Source: an uncultured Candidatus Saccharibacteria bacterium
GTDB taxonomy: Bacteria > Patescibacteriota > WWE3 > UBA101185 > UBA10185
Direction: 5' to 3'
NCBI GenBank assembly: GCA_964510435.1
Contig: CAZEBU010000001.1
Span: 234,503 to 298,502, forward strand
DNA: 64,000 nucleotides
Shown here: positions 1 to 10,558 of the stretch, piece after piece
Position numbering within the stretch: the stretch's first letter is position 1
Layout: every line of letters starts with the position of its first letter
Position numbers and translations under genes: made by a program
Notes under the pieces: generated by a model
The model's database searches: none
The model's input: only the letters and a program-made list of their open reading frames with translations
What the model was told of the DNA's origin: nothing

Positions 1-122
1 TTAAGATCACTGGGTACTGTTTTAATTGTTTTCCCGAATAATTTGGAATAAAGCATAGTACTAATAAGGTATACCGTCTAAACTTTGTTGTTGTCAACTA
101 GAAAAGATATAATGGGCTGAGT

Positions 123-2408
123 ATGACTGAAATGCCTAAAAAATATAACCATAGAGCCAGCGAAGAGGAGGTTTACAAATACTGGGAGAGCTTGCAGGCG
201 TTTTCCCCGGAAGGTGCTAAGAAACTGAGAGATAAGTATGGCTTAGAGACACTAGACGAACATTTTAGTGTTTTAATGCCGCCTCCTAATGCTAACGCCC
301 CGCTACATTGCGGACATGCTACGTATGCCATACAGGATCTCATGACCAGGTATAAAAGGATGCGAGGCTATAAAACATTGTATTTGCCTGGTACAGACCA
401 CGCAGGTTTTGAAACGCAGGTAGTCTTTGAGAAGAATCTCAAAAAAGAAGGTAAGAGCCGCTTTGATTTTGATACCAAAACTTTGTACAACCGAATTCTG
501 GACTTTGTCAAAGAAAATGCAGACCTAGCCATTAGCCAATTGAAGCGGTTGGGTATAAGTGCGGATTGGTCAAGAAACACCTTTATGCTAGATACCCACG
601 TTTTGAGAACAGTTTTGGACACTTTTAAAAAAATGTATCAGGAAGGCTTGATCTACCGGGATGTCTATTTGGTAAATTACTCTCCCTATCATGGCACAAC
701 TTTTAGTAATTTGGAGACCACACACATAGAAACTATCTCACCTTTATATTACGTTTCTTATCGGATCAAAGACTCGCAGGAGAAAGTCACCGTGGCTACA
801 GTTCGTCCGGAGACGATCTATGCCGATGTAGCCGTGGCCGTAAACCCCAAGGATAAAAGATATAAAAAGTTGCTAGGTAAAACCGTCATAAATCCTTTAA
901 ACGATAGAGAAATGCTTGTTATAAAGGATCCGTATGTTGATATGGCGTTTGGTACAGGGGTATTAAAAATTACTCCGGGACATGATTTTAATGACTTTGA
1001 AATTGGCCGAAAGCACAAACTGGAGATGCTTTCGGTAATTGATCTGGAAGGTAAAATGACTAGCGACGCAGGAGAGGTGGCTGGGATGGATGCCTACGCG
1101 GCCAGAAGTAGGGTAGTAGATATTCTCAAAGAAGTAAGCGCTCTGGAAAAGGTAAATGAAAGATATACCCATAAGTTGCTGGTTGACTATAGGGATAGCA
1201 AGCCTATCGAGCCCTTGCTGCTGCCGAACTGGTTTATTAAAATGGAGGATCTTGCTCATGAGGCTATAAAAGCTATAGAAAAGGGTAGGGTTACATTTAA
1301 TCGTGTCCTTTGGAAAAAGGAAATACTACGCTGGTTAACGAGCATCACGGATTGGCCGATAAGCAGGCAGATCGTTTTTGGGATTCGCATCCCCGCTTGG
1401 TACAACGTCAAAGAAAATCCCGATCTTCATGTAGTTTTTATTGATGGAAAAGGAGTAAGCCATGAAGGTTCAATTTCTAAATTACTGGCAGAATTTAGTT
1501 TGGAGGAAATTAACCGGGGTACGCAGAAAATCATTGCTCCTACCAAAGCAATGTTTGTTGTGTCAGAGGAGAGTCCGGGAGGAGACTATATACAGGAAAC
1601 CGATACTTTTGACACCTGGTTTAGTTCCGGACAGTGGCCTCTTACCACTCTCAAATATCCGGAGCACAAAGACTTTAAACAGTTTTTCCCCACCAGCTTT
1701 ATGGATTCCATGTGGGACATCCTATTTTTTTGGATTGCACGCATGCTTATGCTTAGTCTTTATTTAACCGGAGAAGTGCCTTATAAAGCGGTGTATATCC
1801 ATGGCAGGATCACTGATGAAAAAGGCCAAAAGATGAGCAAAAGCAGAGGTAATGTTATTGACCCCATCGATTTTGTAGAAAAGTACGGCGCAGATGCTCT
1901 AAGGATGGGCGTTTTGGTGGGAGGGAATACCTCTGCTAAAAACACCTCTTTAAGTGAGGACAAGGTGAGGGGTTACAGAAACTTTGCTAACAAAATATGG
2001 AATATGGCCAGGTTTATGAATTTGATGTTTGAGGATCATCAAGGCAAGGTTTTCTTGGAGGTGCAAAAGGCAGCGGATCTTAACAGCGAGGATCAGGAAA
2101 TACTTTCCGGATTGGGCAAATTGGTGGAGAAGGTGACGGAAGATCTAGAGGGGTATAGATTTGCTGATGCCGGAGATGCTATCTATCACTTTATGTGGCA
2201 TGAATTAGCGGATAAGTATATTGAGCAGGTGAAGGGTAGAGAAGATAAGGAGGTTGCCTTGGGTGTGCTAAGGTACGTATTTACGGAATGTTTAAAGCTG
2301 CTGCACCCCTATATGCCTTTTGTTACCGAGAAAATTTGGCAATACATTCCAGAAAGTACCGGTGAACCCCTTATTATTAGTAGCTGGCCGGGAGATAATG
2401 GGAGATGA
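123..2408 (+). CDS. valS: Valine--tRNA ligase (short form, no C-terminal coiled coil)
   Basis: PPPNAN..LHCGH (HIGH variant), PGTDHAG, RPET, TPGHD, DWPISRQ, DTWFSS and KMSKS motifs. Confidence 0.97.
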   Translation: MTEMPKKYNHRASEEEVYKYWESLQAFSPEGAKKLRDKYGLETLDEHFSVLMPPPNANAPLHCGHATYAIQDLMTRYKRMRGYKTLYLPGTDHAGFETQVVFEKNLKKEGKSRFDFDTKTLYNRILDFVKENADLAISQLKRLGISADWSRNTFMLDTHVLRTVLDTFKKMYQEGLIYRDVYLVNYSPYHGTTFSNLETTHIETISPLYYVSYRIKDSQEKVTVATVRPETIYADVAVAVNPKDKRYKKLLGKTVINPLNDREMLVIKDPYVDMAFGTGVLKITPGHDFNDFEIGRKHKLEMLSVIDLEGKMTSDAGEVAGMDAYAARSRVVDILKEVSALEKVNERYTHKLLVDYRDSKPIEPLLLPNWFIKMEDLAHEAIKAIEKGRVTFNRVLWKKEILRWLTSITDWPISRQIVFGIRIPAWYNVKENPDLHVVFIDGKGVSHEGSISKLLAEFSLEEINRGTQKIIAPTKAMFVVSEESPGGDYIQETDTFDTWFSSGQWPLTTLKYPEHKDFKQFFPTSFMDSMWDILFFWIARMLMLSLYLTGEVPYKAVYIHGRITDEKGQKMSKSRGNVIDPIDFVEKYGADALRMGVLVGGNTSAKNTSLSEDKVRGYRNFANKIWNMARFMNLMFEDHQGKVFLEVQKAADLNSEDQEILSGLGKLVEKVTEDLEGYRFADAGDAIYHFMWHELADKYIEQVKGREDKEVALGVLRYVFTECLKLLHPYMPFVTEKIWQYIPESTGEPLIISSWPGDNGR

Positions 2409-2424
2409 GTAGTAGTTATATGCC

Positions 2425-3126
2425 TTATTGTTCCTCTTGAGATCCTTTTTCCTCGCCACCCTCGGGTTTTTCTTTCTCATCTTCCTCGCTTGGTTCTTTT
2501 TCCTCTGTAGCCTCAATGTCAGCTAAAGCTTCTGCTTCGTCGATTTCCTCTTCCTCTTCTTCTTCGAGCATCTGCGCATAGTCAAGTTTGACTACTATTT
2601 CTTCAGGTTCTTGGTTGAGGATCTCCACTTTTTCCCGATCGTATTTTAGATCGGTAATAGTAATAGAGCTATCTATGTCTTGTAATTCCGCAGCATCTAC
2701 CGCGAATTTTTCCGGAAGATCAGTAGGTAATGCCTCAACTTCTACCTCGTTTAAGAGGAGAAGGATCATAGCCTCACCGTTTTTTACCAGCTCATTTTTT
2801 TCTTCATTAATAACCTCTACGGGGATGTTGGCTCTGGTCTTTTCTTTAAGATTTACTTCGTAAAAACCAATATGAACCGGTTGAGAAGTAATATGGTGCT
2901 CTTGGACATCTTTAACTAGAACGGGATGTTTGTCACCTTCAATAACAAGGTCAATAACCTGAGTTTCACCTGCACCCTCAAAGATCTTGGTGAAATCATT
3001 ATGGCTAACGGTAATTGGGAGGGATTCCAGCCCCTTGCCGAAGATAACAGCCGGTATGAGTCTACTCTCTCTTAGGCTTTTCGTTTTTTTACGGAAAACT
3101 TGTCTTTTTTGTCCAGTAAGTTCCAT
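2425..3126 (-). CDS. rplY: 50S ribosomal protein L25/Ctc
   Basis: LR...IPAVIFGKG, VKDVQ.H, HIGFY, EVEALPTDLP and an acidic tail typical of long Ctc-type L25. Confidence 0.93.
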   Translation of the reverse strand: MELTGQKRQVFRKKTKSLRESRLIPAVIFGKGLESLPITVSHNDFTKIFEGAGETQVIDLVIEGDKHPVLVKDVQEHHITSQPVHIGFYEVNLKEKTRANIPVEVINEEKNELVKNGEAMILLLLNEVEVEALPTDLPEKFAVDAAELQDIDSSITITDLKYDREKVEILNQEPEEIVVKLDYAQMLEEEEEEEIDEAEALADIEATEEKEPSEEDEKEKPEGGEEKGSQEEQ

Positions 3127-3425
3127 ATATTTTTTTTAACTAACATTTTGTGCAAGTCTAAGAGGTCATCGTAACTTACACTTTTTACACCCATGAACTT
3201 TTTGAACTCCGTGACATTAAGATCCGAAATTAACGGAGTTACCCCACCGCCGGCTGAAGTAATAGTAACCATACTTTCTGCTCGGCACTTGGTACAGACG
3301 GCGTGAGCTACCAAAGCTATGGGCGCATCCTTGATCGTTTCCAACTTCGCCCGCTCAAGACTGGTACCGCATTTATAACAGAAAGTTTTTTGTAAGTATT
3401 CATTAATGTAAGATTGTTCAAGCAT
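3072..3425 (-). CDS. Small zinc-ribbon protein
   Basis: CYKC and HAVCTKC pairs; 3' end overlaps the rplY start by 55 nt. Confidence 0.7.
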   Translation of the reverse strand: MLEQSYINEYLQKTFCYKCGTSLERAKLETIKDAPIALVAHAVCTKCRAESMVTITSAGGGVTPLISDLNVTEFKKFMGVKSVSYDDLLDLHKMLVKKNIWNLLDKKDKFSVKKRKA

Positions 3426-3462
3426 ACTTTTTGTTGGAAACTTTGCAATTTTACTTTAGATC

Positions 3463-5340
3463 TTATGGCAAATCAAGCTCGAATACTTTACTGCCGCTGA
3501 GAAGGAACATTTTTGTTTCGTTGGAGTTGACACTGATGCTTCTAATGTCGTTCCAATCTGCATCCTTTTCTGCCTTGAGTTGCCTAACGAGTTTACCTTC
3601 TGTAGTTAAAACTAAAACCCTGCTATTTCCCTTATCAGCTACATAAATATTATCAAAGGCAGTGCTGGTGATAATATCTGAGGGATTGCTAAGAGGCTTA
3701 TCCAAACCGCTAATTTCGAAATCAGTCTTTTCTCCCTGTGTAAAAACAGACAACGTGCCGTCACCGGAAATGAGATAGACGCTGTAGGAAATACTTATGG
3801 CTTTGGCATTAGAAAACTCTGCGCCTTCGCCCCAGGTGGAACTGGTAAGCTCATCCCCGGAGGTAACGTACTTAACAAGCGTAGCCCCTTCGGAAGAATA
3901 AATGTTGCCCAGATATCTACCAGATGTACCAAAATCACCCGCGTAAGATTCGGAGACTGTCTTATTGATAAGATCGTAAGCTTTATAACCTGCATCATCA
4001 GCAAAGTTAAGCTTGCCGTCATAATTTACCGCACTCTTTATGCCGGGGAATGTATTTTCCAAAGCGGTAAATTTAGGGGTGTCCAGATCCGAGGTGAATA
4101 TTTTTCCTGAGGTAGTGTCTGTTACCACGACCGTGTTGTTGAAGAGGGCAATATCGGTGGGATTAGCAGTTTCGTCGGCCAGTTTAATATCATAAAAAGG
4201 CTGTGCGGCTACTCTCTCCAAACTATCGGGTTCCTCCTTTTCAGGTACAGGGGGCACCGGCTCTTCTAGTTGCTTTTCAGGTTGAGGCTGCTTTTTAGGG
4301 GTTTCCGATTCCGGTTTATTGAATTCTTTAGGAACAGTAAGTGTGGTAGTGTCCCCCTCTTCTTGCTCGCCGGTTTGTATCTGCTCGTCTTTGTCTCCGC
4401 GATTTCTCAATATTATCGTGGCTCCCATGGAAATACCCAACAACAAAAGAACAACGACCAGCAAAGATTTGGAAGTTATCTTATATCTTGGTCCCATGTG
4501 TGATTTGAGTTTAATATTTGGTGGATTGTTTTGTTTTTCCGTAGGTGCATCACCAACGGCACCTGCCAGTGTAGCTATTGGTTTGTCTTTAGTCTCCTTT
4601 TTGGCAGTCATTTTTTTAATTCCCTCCAACATTGATGACACTTTGGGCATTTTCTTATCCTTCTTTAAACTGAAATCTATCACTTCGTCTTCCGTAAACT
4701 CTGTGTCCACCATAAATTTTAATATCATGCACGACTGGTTATGTTCAAGGTCGTTCGAAGATAAGGAAGTATCTAGTAGTTTATCAGGTGGATATTTATT
4801 AGAAAAGTTTTCCGAACATAAAACAATAACATCATCATCTTTAACCACCCCGGAGGCCACGGAGAAATTCCCTTCTGAAGTTGAACTTACCTTATTGATC
4901 TCCCCTTCCCGCATGAGAAAACTTTTGGCGTTACCATACTGCACTATATAAAGAACATTTCCCCACAACACGCCCGCCAAGATATTAAAAGTTACTTTTT
5001 GATCTGAGACCGGTTGTTTTCCTTTTACGGTTTGTTCCTGTACAGCAAGGTTGGTAATTTTTTCGTTAATATCAACGATAGCCTTTTCCAGAGATTGTAT
5101 AGGTGAAATATTGTCCGAATGATAGTAGGAGTCAAACAAAACATCATTGATCACTTTGCAAATAAGCGAAACGTTAAGTTCCACGGGGCTATTGATATCA
5201 AAGACAGTATAAACACTACCCTTTTTTAAAATTAGATCACGTTCGGTAGGCTCTATGGCTAAACTAGTAGAAAAGCCGGTTTCGTTTTCGGTAAGGATGG
5301 GCACAAGTTTTTGGATTTTTGCAGTCAGTTTTTTGTTCAT
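3463..5340 (-). CDS. Membrane protein: degenerate PP2C-like N-domain, one TM helix, C-terminal NHL/beta-propeller
   Basis: LYIVQYGNAKSFLMREG and DDDVIVLCS (PP2C-like); IYVADKGNSRVLVL (NHL repeat); central hydrophobic helix. Confidence 0.7.
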   Translation of the reverse strand: MNKKLTAKIQKLVPILTENETGFSTSLAIEPTERDLILKKGSVYTVFDINSPVELNVSLICKVINDVLFDSYYHSDNISPIQSLEKAIVDINEKITNLAVQEQTVKGKQPVSDQKVTFNILAGVLWGNVLYIVQYGNAKSFLMREGEINKVSSTSEGNFSVASGVVKDDDVIVLCSENFSNKYPPDKLLDTSLSSNDLEHNQSCMILKFMVDTEFTEDEVIDFSLKKDKKMPKVSSMLEGIKKMTAKKETKDKPIATLAGAVGDAPTEKQNNPPNIKLKSHMGPRYKITSKSLLVVVLLLLGISMGATIILRNRGDKDEQIQTGEQEEGDTTTLTVPKEFNKPESETPKKQPQPEKQLEEPVPPVPEKEEPDSLERVAAQPFYDIKLADETANPTDIALFNNTVVVTDTTSGKIFTSDLDTPKFTALENTFPGIKSAVNYDGKLNFADDAGYKAYDLINKTVSESYAGDFGTSGRYLGNIYSSEGATLVKYVTSGDELTSSTWGEGAEFSNAKAISISYSVYLISGDGTLSVFTQGEKTDFEISGLDKPLSNPSDIITSTAFDNIYVADKGNSRVLVLTTEGKLVRQLKAEKDADWNDIRSISVNSNETKMFLLSGSKVFELDLP

Positions 5341-5341
5341 C

Positions 5342-5581
5342 TTAGAATATGGTTATTATTGTAAACAAAAACAAGAACAAAGTCGCGAAAAAGTGCCCGT
5401 AAGAAAGACGAACTAATAGAGGAGCCACATCAGTTTGGAAACTTTTGTTAAGCAGCCTAACCTGCCTCACCATTAAAAAGGCAAAGATCAGATAAAAGAA
5501 TAAGACGAAAGCGATAAACAGCTGTACGATCAATCCTAGAGCAATGGCGCTGTTTAGTGTGTTAATAAAATCAATTTCCAT
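5342..5581 (-). CDS. Small two-TM membrane protein (DUF5657-like)
   Basis: YLIFAFLMVRQVRLLNKSFQT pattern; coupled to neighbours. Confidence 0.7.
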   Translation of the reverse strand: MEIDFINTLNSAIALGLIVQLFIAFVLFFYLIFAFLMVRQVRLLNKSFQTDVAPLLVRLSYGHFFATLFLFLFTIITIF

Positions 5582-6158
5582 ATAATCCTTTCACTTCCGA
5601 AACCAGATCAGACAAGATATCCTGCAGCTTTCCCGGATCGGAAACACTATAAAATTCGATCTCTCTTCTTTCTGCTGCTGTTTGTATGGAAACGTTGCCA
5701 AAGTTGAAAAGAGTTTCCAGGGCACCGCTCACAGTATAAGTTATATCCTCAATATTTCTTAGGGGTGCTTCGGAAATGTTCCTATGCAGCAGGTGGTCAA
5801 AGTCCATGTCAACCACCCGTTTGTTAGTAACAATGTAAACATTGAAGAACCAGTTTAGAAATCTTTCGAACATATAACCGAAAGTAAAAATATACCAAAA
5901 GGCATTGACAATAAAGACCAGCACCAGCGAGAGTAAGTTAGGATAAGAATTGTTAAAGGAGGCTATGAACGCGTTGAAAAATAATGGTGCCAACAGCAAA
6001 CCGATGGAGGAAACAATCCAGCCAACATTTGTGATCAAGGCTTTTCTAAAGACATACAAAATTTCCTCGTCCCCATCCTCGCCCTCAAAGTATGTTTTGT
6101 CTGGTTTCTCAAGTACGGAGTTAGTTAGTATGTCTAACATGCTGATATTATATCTCAC
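5571..6158 (-). CDS. Bacterial PH-domain (bPH_2) membrane protein
   Basis: Two TMs then YIVTNKRVVD...NIEDI...FNFGNVSIQTA. Confidence 0.85.
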   Translation of the reverse strand: MRYNISMLDILTNSVLEKPDKTYFEGEDGDEEILYVFRKALITNVGWIVSSIGLLLAPLFFNAFIASFNNSYPNLLSLVLVFIVNAFWYIFTFGYMFERFLNWFFNVYIVTNKRVVDMDFDHLLHRNISEAPLRNIEDITYTVSGALETLFNFGNVSIQTAAERREIEFYSVSDPGKLQDILSDLVSEVKGLYGN

Positions 6159-6215
6159 TTCGTTCGATGCGTCGCTTCGAGACTAAGAATTTAAACTTTG
6201 CTTTTTAGGTATGAG

Positions 6216-8042
6216 CTATTCCTTTTCGAAATCGAAGAGGCGGCTTCTGATGGCTACATATGAGGGTGCTCTAAGATTGAAGACCGTTTTAAAGGTTTGT
6301 CCGTCTATTTTAACTGTACCGTTATCGGTCTCTAATTCTACCTGTGAGGTATAACCGCCGTTACTGACATCTACACTGATGCTTTTGACCTTTTTGTAGC
6401 TCTTACCGTATTTATTGGCTTTGTCACGCATTTTGTCTAGTGAGTAAGGGTCTCCGCCCCAGCAGCTGGTAGTCACCGGCGTGATACGATCCTTTTCGCT
6501 GCCGGAGCCTTTTGTCCAGACTACCCAGGCATTTACGATATCCGCCATTTCTTCTTCGGTGAGCCAAGGATGGGATCTACCGCAGTTGCTATTGTCATTG
6601 TAGCTTTTGGTATACCAGGCTTTTCTAAACCAAGGGCTGCCGCCTTCTTTTTCATAAGCATCCTCAGGCCAGCACGAAGAGCCACCGCATTTTGTGTCCC
6701 AACCAACGTTATTAATATAACCTCCGGTAGTGGAGGAATACCATCCATAACCGGAAGCATCGGTGCTGCCGTCGATGATCTTGTTTTTTGTATCTTTGAC
6801 TGCGTCCTTCCATCTACCCGGGGGATCATCGCTTTTACTCTTTAGGAATACCTGACAGTTTTGTGTTGTACAAATACAGAGACCTTTTTTGGCAAACCTG
6901 TAGGCATAAGATCTGCCAGCCACCGCCTGTGCTTTCAAGGCGTCTGAATCCCAGCTGCTAGGCATCTCGGCCAAACCATAGAGGTATTTCTGGTAGTCCA
7001 TCTCGCCGTAGCCTTCCACGCAGATCTTGCTAGGAAAATCATCCTTTTCTTTTACATCTTCCTCATAATAAAACTCAATAATGTCTTTATAACCTTTACC
7101 CTTTTCCGCCCTGCCTCTAGCTCCATACTGACTCATTCCTTTATAGTGCGTGTACGCTCCGTAACTAAAGGCGGCAAAAGCAGGGTCAAAAGGAGGATCC
7201 GGGGTCTTAGCTTCGGAGGGTTCATATTCTCCCACACTACCGCTTTCCGTACCGTATTTTTGGTTTAAAATAGCTTGTTGTTTAGAGGAGAGCTCGGCGA
7301 TTTCCTGCTCCAGGTCAAAGAGTTCCTCTTCGTAATCTTCCTCTTCCTCTTCCAAGTTACTGAACTCATTTTGTGCCGAAGCTTTTTTACTATCTACATC
7401 AGCTTTTAGAGATAACAAACTGTTTTGTGTACCTTCCAGCTCGGATATGATAGTTTCCGCTTCCAGCCTGTCTGTTTCAAAGGTGTTGATCTCTGAATTC
7501 AACAAGTAGATCCATTGTAAAGCGTCGTCAGTGAGGGATTTATTAAATATGTAAGAGAAAGATGAATACTGGAATCCGGTGAGATTAGTACCAAAGGGAT
7601 TGAAGGCAAAAAATATTTCCAGGTCGCTCTTAAATCTTTTTTTGGAATAATTTCTGATAACTTTGTTTCTAAAATCAATCTTTTCTGCCAGCTTACCGCG
7701 GCGATCACTGAGGTTTTCGTTGATGATGTTTAGCTCTTCGCTGATAAAGTTAATTTCGCTTTGCAGCTCGTCAATTTGTGCTTGTGTCACATTTAGTTCC
7801 GAAAGGTACTGGTTTATGGTGGCTTCAATGTTGTCCATTTTGCCTCTAATATCGCCTAGCTTATTTGAGGTGGACTCGTATTTTTCTTGTTTGTCTTCGA
7901 TCTTATTGGCGTAGCAGTCTGCTCTGTCATCTAGATCTTGGATCTCCGAGCATCCCCCAACAACCGGTTTGGGTACAAGAGCCAGCAGGAAAGCCAGAGA
8001 TACTATGAGGAGAGATGTTTTAAACAGGTTCCTTGCGGGCAT
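6216..8042 (-). CDS. Secreted coiled-coil + SpoIID/LytB-domain peptidoglycan hydrolase
   Basis: Signal peptide, long heptad region, H.KGMSQYGA and EMPSSW..DALKAQAVAGRSYA (SpoIID signature). Confidence 0.88.
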   Translation of the reverse strand: MPARNLFKTSLLIVSLAFLLALVPKPVVGGCSEIQDLDDRADCYANKIEDKQEKYESTSNKLGDIRGKMDNIEATINQYLSELNVTQAQIDELQSEINFISEELNIINENLSDRRGKLAEKIDFRNKVIRNYSKKRFKSDLEIFFAFNPFGTNLTGFQYSSFSYIFNKSLTDDALQWIYLLNSEINTFETDRLEAETIISELEGTQNSLLSLKADVDSKKASAQNEFSNLEEEEEDYEEELFDLEQEIAELSSKQQAILNQKYGTESGSVGEYEPSEAKTPDPPFDPAFAAFSYGAYTHYKGMSQYGARGRAEKGKGYKDIIEFYYEEDVKEKDDFPSKICVEGYGEMDYQKYLYGLAEMPSSWDSDALKAQAVAGRSYAYRFAKKGLCICTTQNCQVFLKSKSDDPPGRWKDAVKDTKNKIIDGSTDASGYGWYSSTTGGYINNVGWDTKCGGSSCWPEDAYEKEGGSPWFRKAWYTKSYNDNSNCGRSHPWLTEEEMADIVNAWVVWTKGSGSEKDRITPVTTSCWGGDPYSLDKMRDKANKYGKSYKKVKSISVDVSNGGYTSQVELETDNGTVKIDGQTFKTVFNLRAPSYVAIRSRLFDFEKE

Positions 8043-8155
8043 GCTACCAAATTATATGGCTTTAGAGGTTATGACTCAAGTTTGTTACATAAGTTATTAT
8101 GCCCGTGCTAATAGCTTACTTGACTATTTTTCTCTATATTTGATAATTAAGTGGT

Positions 8156-8518
8156 ATGGTTAAAATCTTGCAAACCCTAGGATACTTTGTCTTTTCGCTG
8201 TTTGCATCCGCAGGGGTTGTTTACGCTGATGCGGAATCGGTACAGGAATTTATTGACAGCGTCGCTTTGGATGAGGCTGAGATAGCTGTAGGTATATATA
8301 ACTTCTTATTTCCTATTGGTTTGGCCGTAGGTTTTTTTGCCATAATCATGGCAGGCTACTCATACCTAACTAGCCAAGGACAACCGGATAAGGTAAAAGA
8401 AGCTAGCGAAAAATTAACCAGCGCTATACTTGGTATTATTTTTATAGCTCTATCTCTGGTCATCTTGCGGATCATTGTAGTTTCGTTATTGGGAGGCTCA
8501 TTACCCTTAGCTACGTAG
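8156..8518 (+). CDS. VirB2/TrbC-like pilin 1
   Basis: Signal ending VYA; IIMAGYSYLTSQGQPDKVKEASEKLTSAILG two-helix pilin motif. Confidence 0.82.
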   Translation: MVKILQTLGYFVFSLFASAGVVYADAESVQEFIDSVALDEAEIAVGIYNFLFPIGLAVGFFAIIMAGYSYLTSQGQPDKVKEASEKLTSAILGIIFIALSLVILRIIVVSLLGGSLPLAT

Positions 8519-8642
8519 TCATTACCAACCCATAACTTGAGATCCTACCGTTGTGTTGTCACTGGTGATTCTAAAGGTTATAATTAATTCATTACTTGGT
8601 CCGATTTACTTTTATTTTAAAGGAGGTGTAAGTTAACGAACT

Positions 8643-8996
8643 ATGTTATTACAAAAAGTGTATGCAGCAGGAACAGCTGTGAGTACTACCATTACCGACC
8701 CATTAACAAACTACACCAGCTTAGGTCAAGTCTTTAACTTTTTGCTCAATCTGTTTATTGGTATCGGTTGGGCCTTGGTTTTTGTCATGTTAGCTTTGGG
8801 TTTTGTACAGTACGTAATGTCACGAGGAGAGAAAACCGCTGTCGAGTCTGCCCAGAAATGGTTGACTTATGCCGTTATCGGTGGCGTTGGGTTGTTCTTT
8901 GTCTCTTTTGTGAGGAGGATAGTACCACAATTGTTAGGAGGTACTGCCGGTCCAGGAACTGGCCTTACAACAGGTGGAGACCTAACACCGTTCTAA
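8643..8996 (+). CDS. VirB2/TrbC-like pilin 2 (probable major pilin)
   Basis: VYAA; GFVQYVMSRGEKTAVESAQKWLTYAVIG; own promoter, AAGGAGGTG SD and terminator. Confidence 0.82.
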   Translation: MLLQKVYAAGTAVSTTITDPLTNYTSLGQVFNFLLNLFIGIGWALVFVMLALGFVQYVMSRGEKTAVESAQKWLTYAVIGGVGLFFVSFVRRIVPQLLGGTAGPGTGLTTGGDLTPF

Positions 8997-9045
8997 CGAG
9001 TATTGTTATTATTGTTACTGCAGTAATTACGAGATCTCAAAAAGG

Positions 9046-9077
9046 AAAAGCTCCAATGTTAACATTGGGGCTTTTTT
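9046..9077 (+). terminator. Intrinsic terminator after pilin 2
   Basis: AAAAGCTCCAATGTTAACATTGGGGCTTTTTT inverted repeat with T tract. Confidence 0.75.
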
Positions 9078-9091
9078 GTTAAAATTATTTT

Positions 9092-9430
9092 ATGTTTGAT
9101 ACTCTACAAAGTATTTTTGGTTCGGTAGGCGCAGGTAGCCCAGGTAACAGCAAATATATTAGTTTTGCAGCTATGGCGGGTGCCGTCTTGAACTTTATGA
9201 TGGCCGTTGCCTTTGCGATCAGTATTTTAGCTGTGGCATACTCCGCTATCATGTACATTGTGAGCGGTGGAAATCCTGATAATACCAAGAAAGCTTGGAA
9301 TGCGTTTATATATGGAGTAGTTGGCGCTGCAGTTTCAGTAGGATTGTTTGCCTTGACCCGCATTGTTTTAAGTGGGTTTGGGGTTGAAGGTGTGCGAACT
9401 GATATTAATCAAATTATCCCAGGCTTTTAG
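9092..9430 (+). CDS. VirB2/TrbC-like pilin 3
   Basis: AIMYIVSGGNPDNTKKAWNAFIYGVVG. Confidence 0.82.
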   Translation: MFDTLQSIFGSVGAGSPGNSKYISFAAMAGAVLNFMMAVAFAISILAVAYSAIMYIVSGGNPDNTKKAWNAFIYGVVGAAVSVGLFALTRIVLSGFGVEGVRTDINQIIPGF

Positions 9431-9436
9431 AACAGG

Positions 9437-9907
9437 ATGAACACATTAAAGAAAAGTCTAATAATAGTATTTTTAATAACCGCTTCTTTGTTTGTGCTTA
9501 GTGATACAAATAAAGTGTACGCGCAATTTGGCGACTGCGATTTAGCTGGGGATACACAATTAGGTGTAACTGTTCCTAAACCCTCACAATTATTGTGCCC
9601 CTTCTACAGAATTATAAATTTCTTTTTCATTATTGTGGGCATTGTTTTTGCAGTTATGCTAGGTGTGGGAGCGATCAAGTTAGCCACCTCTTTAGGTGAT
9701 CCAAAGGCATTTCAGGGGGCCAACAGGACCTGGTTATACGCTGTTATTGGCGCGTTTGTGGCTGTGGGAGCGTATGCTGTTTTGAGGATTGTAAATAACG
9801 CGTTTGGTTTAGGTTTGTCTTTGGGAACAGGCCCCAGCAGCATTTATGACAGCATACAGACACAATGGGAAAATTTAATACGTAACACCTTCTTAATTTT
9901 TGAGTAA
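9437..9907 (+). CDS. VirB2/TrbC-like pilin 4 (Cys pair in N-region)
   Basis: Signal ending VYA; GAIKLATSLGDPKAFQGANRTWLYAVIG. Confidence 0.8.
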   Translation: MNTLKKSLIIVFLITASLFVLSDTNKVYAQFGDCDLAGDTQLGVTVPKPSQLLCPFYRIINFFFIIVGIVFAVMLGVGAIKLATSLGDPKAFQGANRTWLYAVIGAFVAVGAYAVLRIVNNAFGLGLSLGTGPSSIYDSIQTQWENLIRNTFLIFE

Positions 9908-9913
9908 ACCATC

Positions 9914-10552
9914 TTAATATGCGTAGTGGGGGGGTATAAAATACTCATCCTCTAAAATATTCCCCCAAAGTTGCATAAATTCATCCGCACTCATGGGTGT
10001 AAAATATGACTCTTGGTAAACAACCTGTGTGGTATCGAAGACGTTAAACCAAACCCCCTCATCCAGGTAAATATGGGCTTTTTCGTAAAAACCGTTTTTA
10101 TCGTATTTAATTATGTCAGGCTCGTCCAACTCCAAACGCTCTTTATAGGAGGAGAAAGGCAAAGCTTCATCATAGGATATAGGAATTCTCACAAACGCAA
10201 CTTTACCGTCTTTATCGACACCAATCTGGTGTTCCCTGACACCTGTCTTCGCGTCTCTGTGTACATAGAGAACCAACCCTTTGAAAGATCTTGAGGTAAG
10301 GAGTTTGCCGAATTTATCTTTGATATTCTCGTAGCTTGTTTTTCCTGGAGTAATACCATTCCAGGTATTTACTCTGTTTTCGGGTTTTACGTTATAGACA
10401 TCTGGAGAACCCAATTCCGGTTTTTCTGATTTAGGAATGCGTATACGTCCAAGGAATAAAATTATAATTCCTGCAACTAACCCAAAAACAAATATGAGAA
10501 AAAGTTTGTTTTCGAAAATAGTTTTTATAATAACCTTTAATTTATTTAGCAT
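9914..10552 (-). CDS. Membrane-anchored hypothetical protein
   Basis: N-terminal TM, WNGITPGKTS motif; 6 nt downstream of the 1075-aa gene. Confidence 0.7.
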   Translation of the reverse strand: MLNKLKVIIKTIFENKLFLIFVFGLVAGIIILFLGRIRIPKSEKPELGSPDVYNVKPENRVNTWNGITPGKTSYENIKDKFGKLLTSRSFKGLVLYVHRDAKTGVREHQIGVDKDGKVAFVRIPISYDEALPFSSYKERLELDEPDIIKYDKNGFYEKAHIYLDEGVWFNVFDTTQVVYQESYFTPMSADEFMQLWGNILEDEYFIPPHYAY

Positions 10553-10558
10553 ATTATT

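Noticed and set aside
4319-4951. 210-aa + strand ORF and similar long antisense ORFs
   Set aside because: Entirely antisense to well-supported genes, with shadow-like composition.
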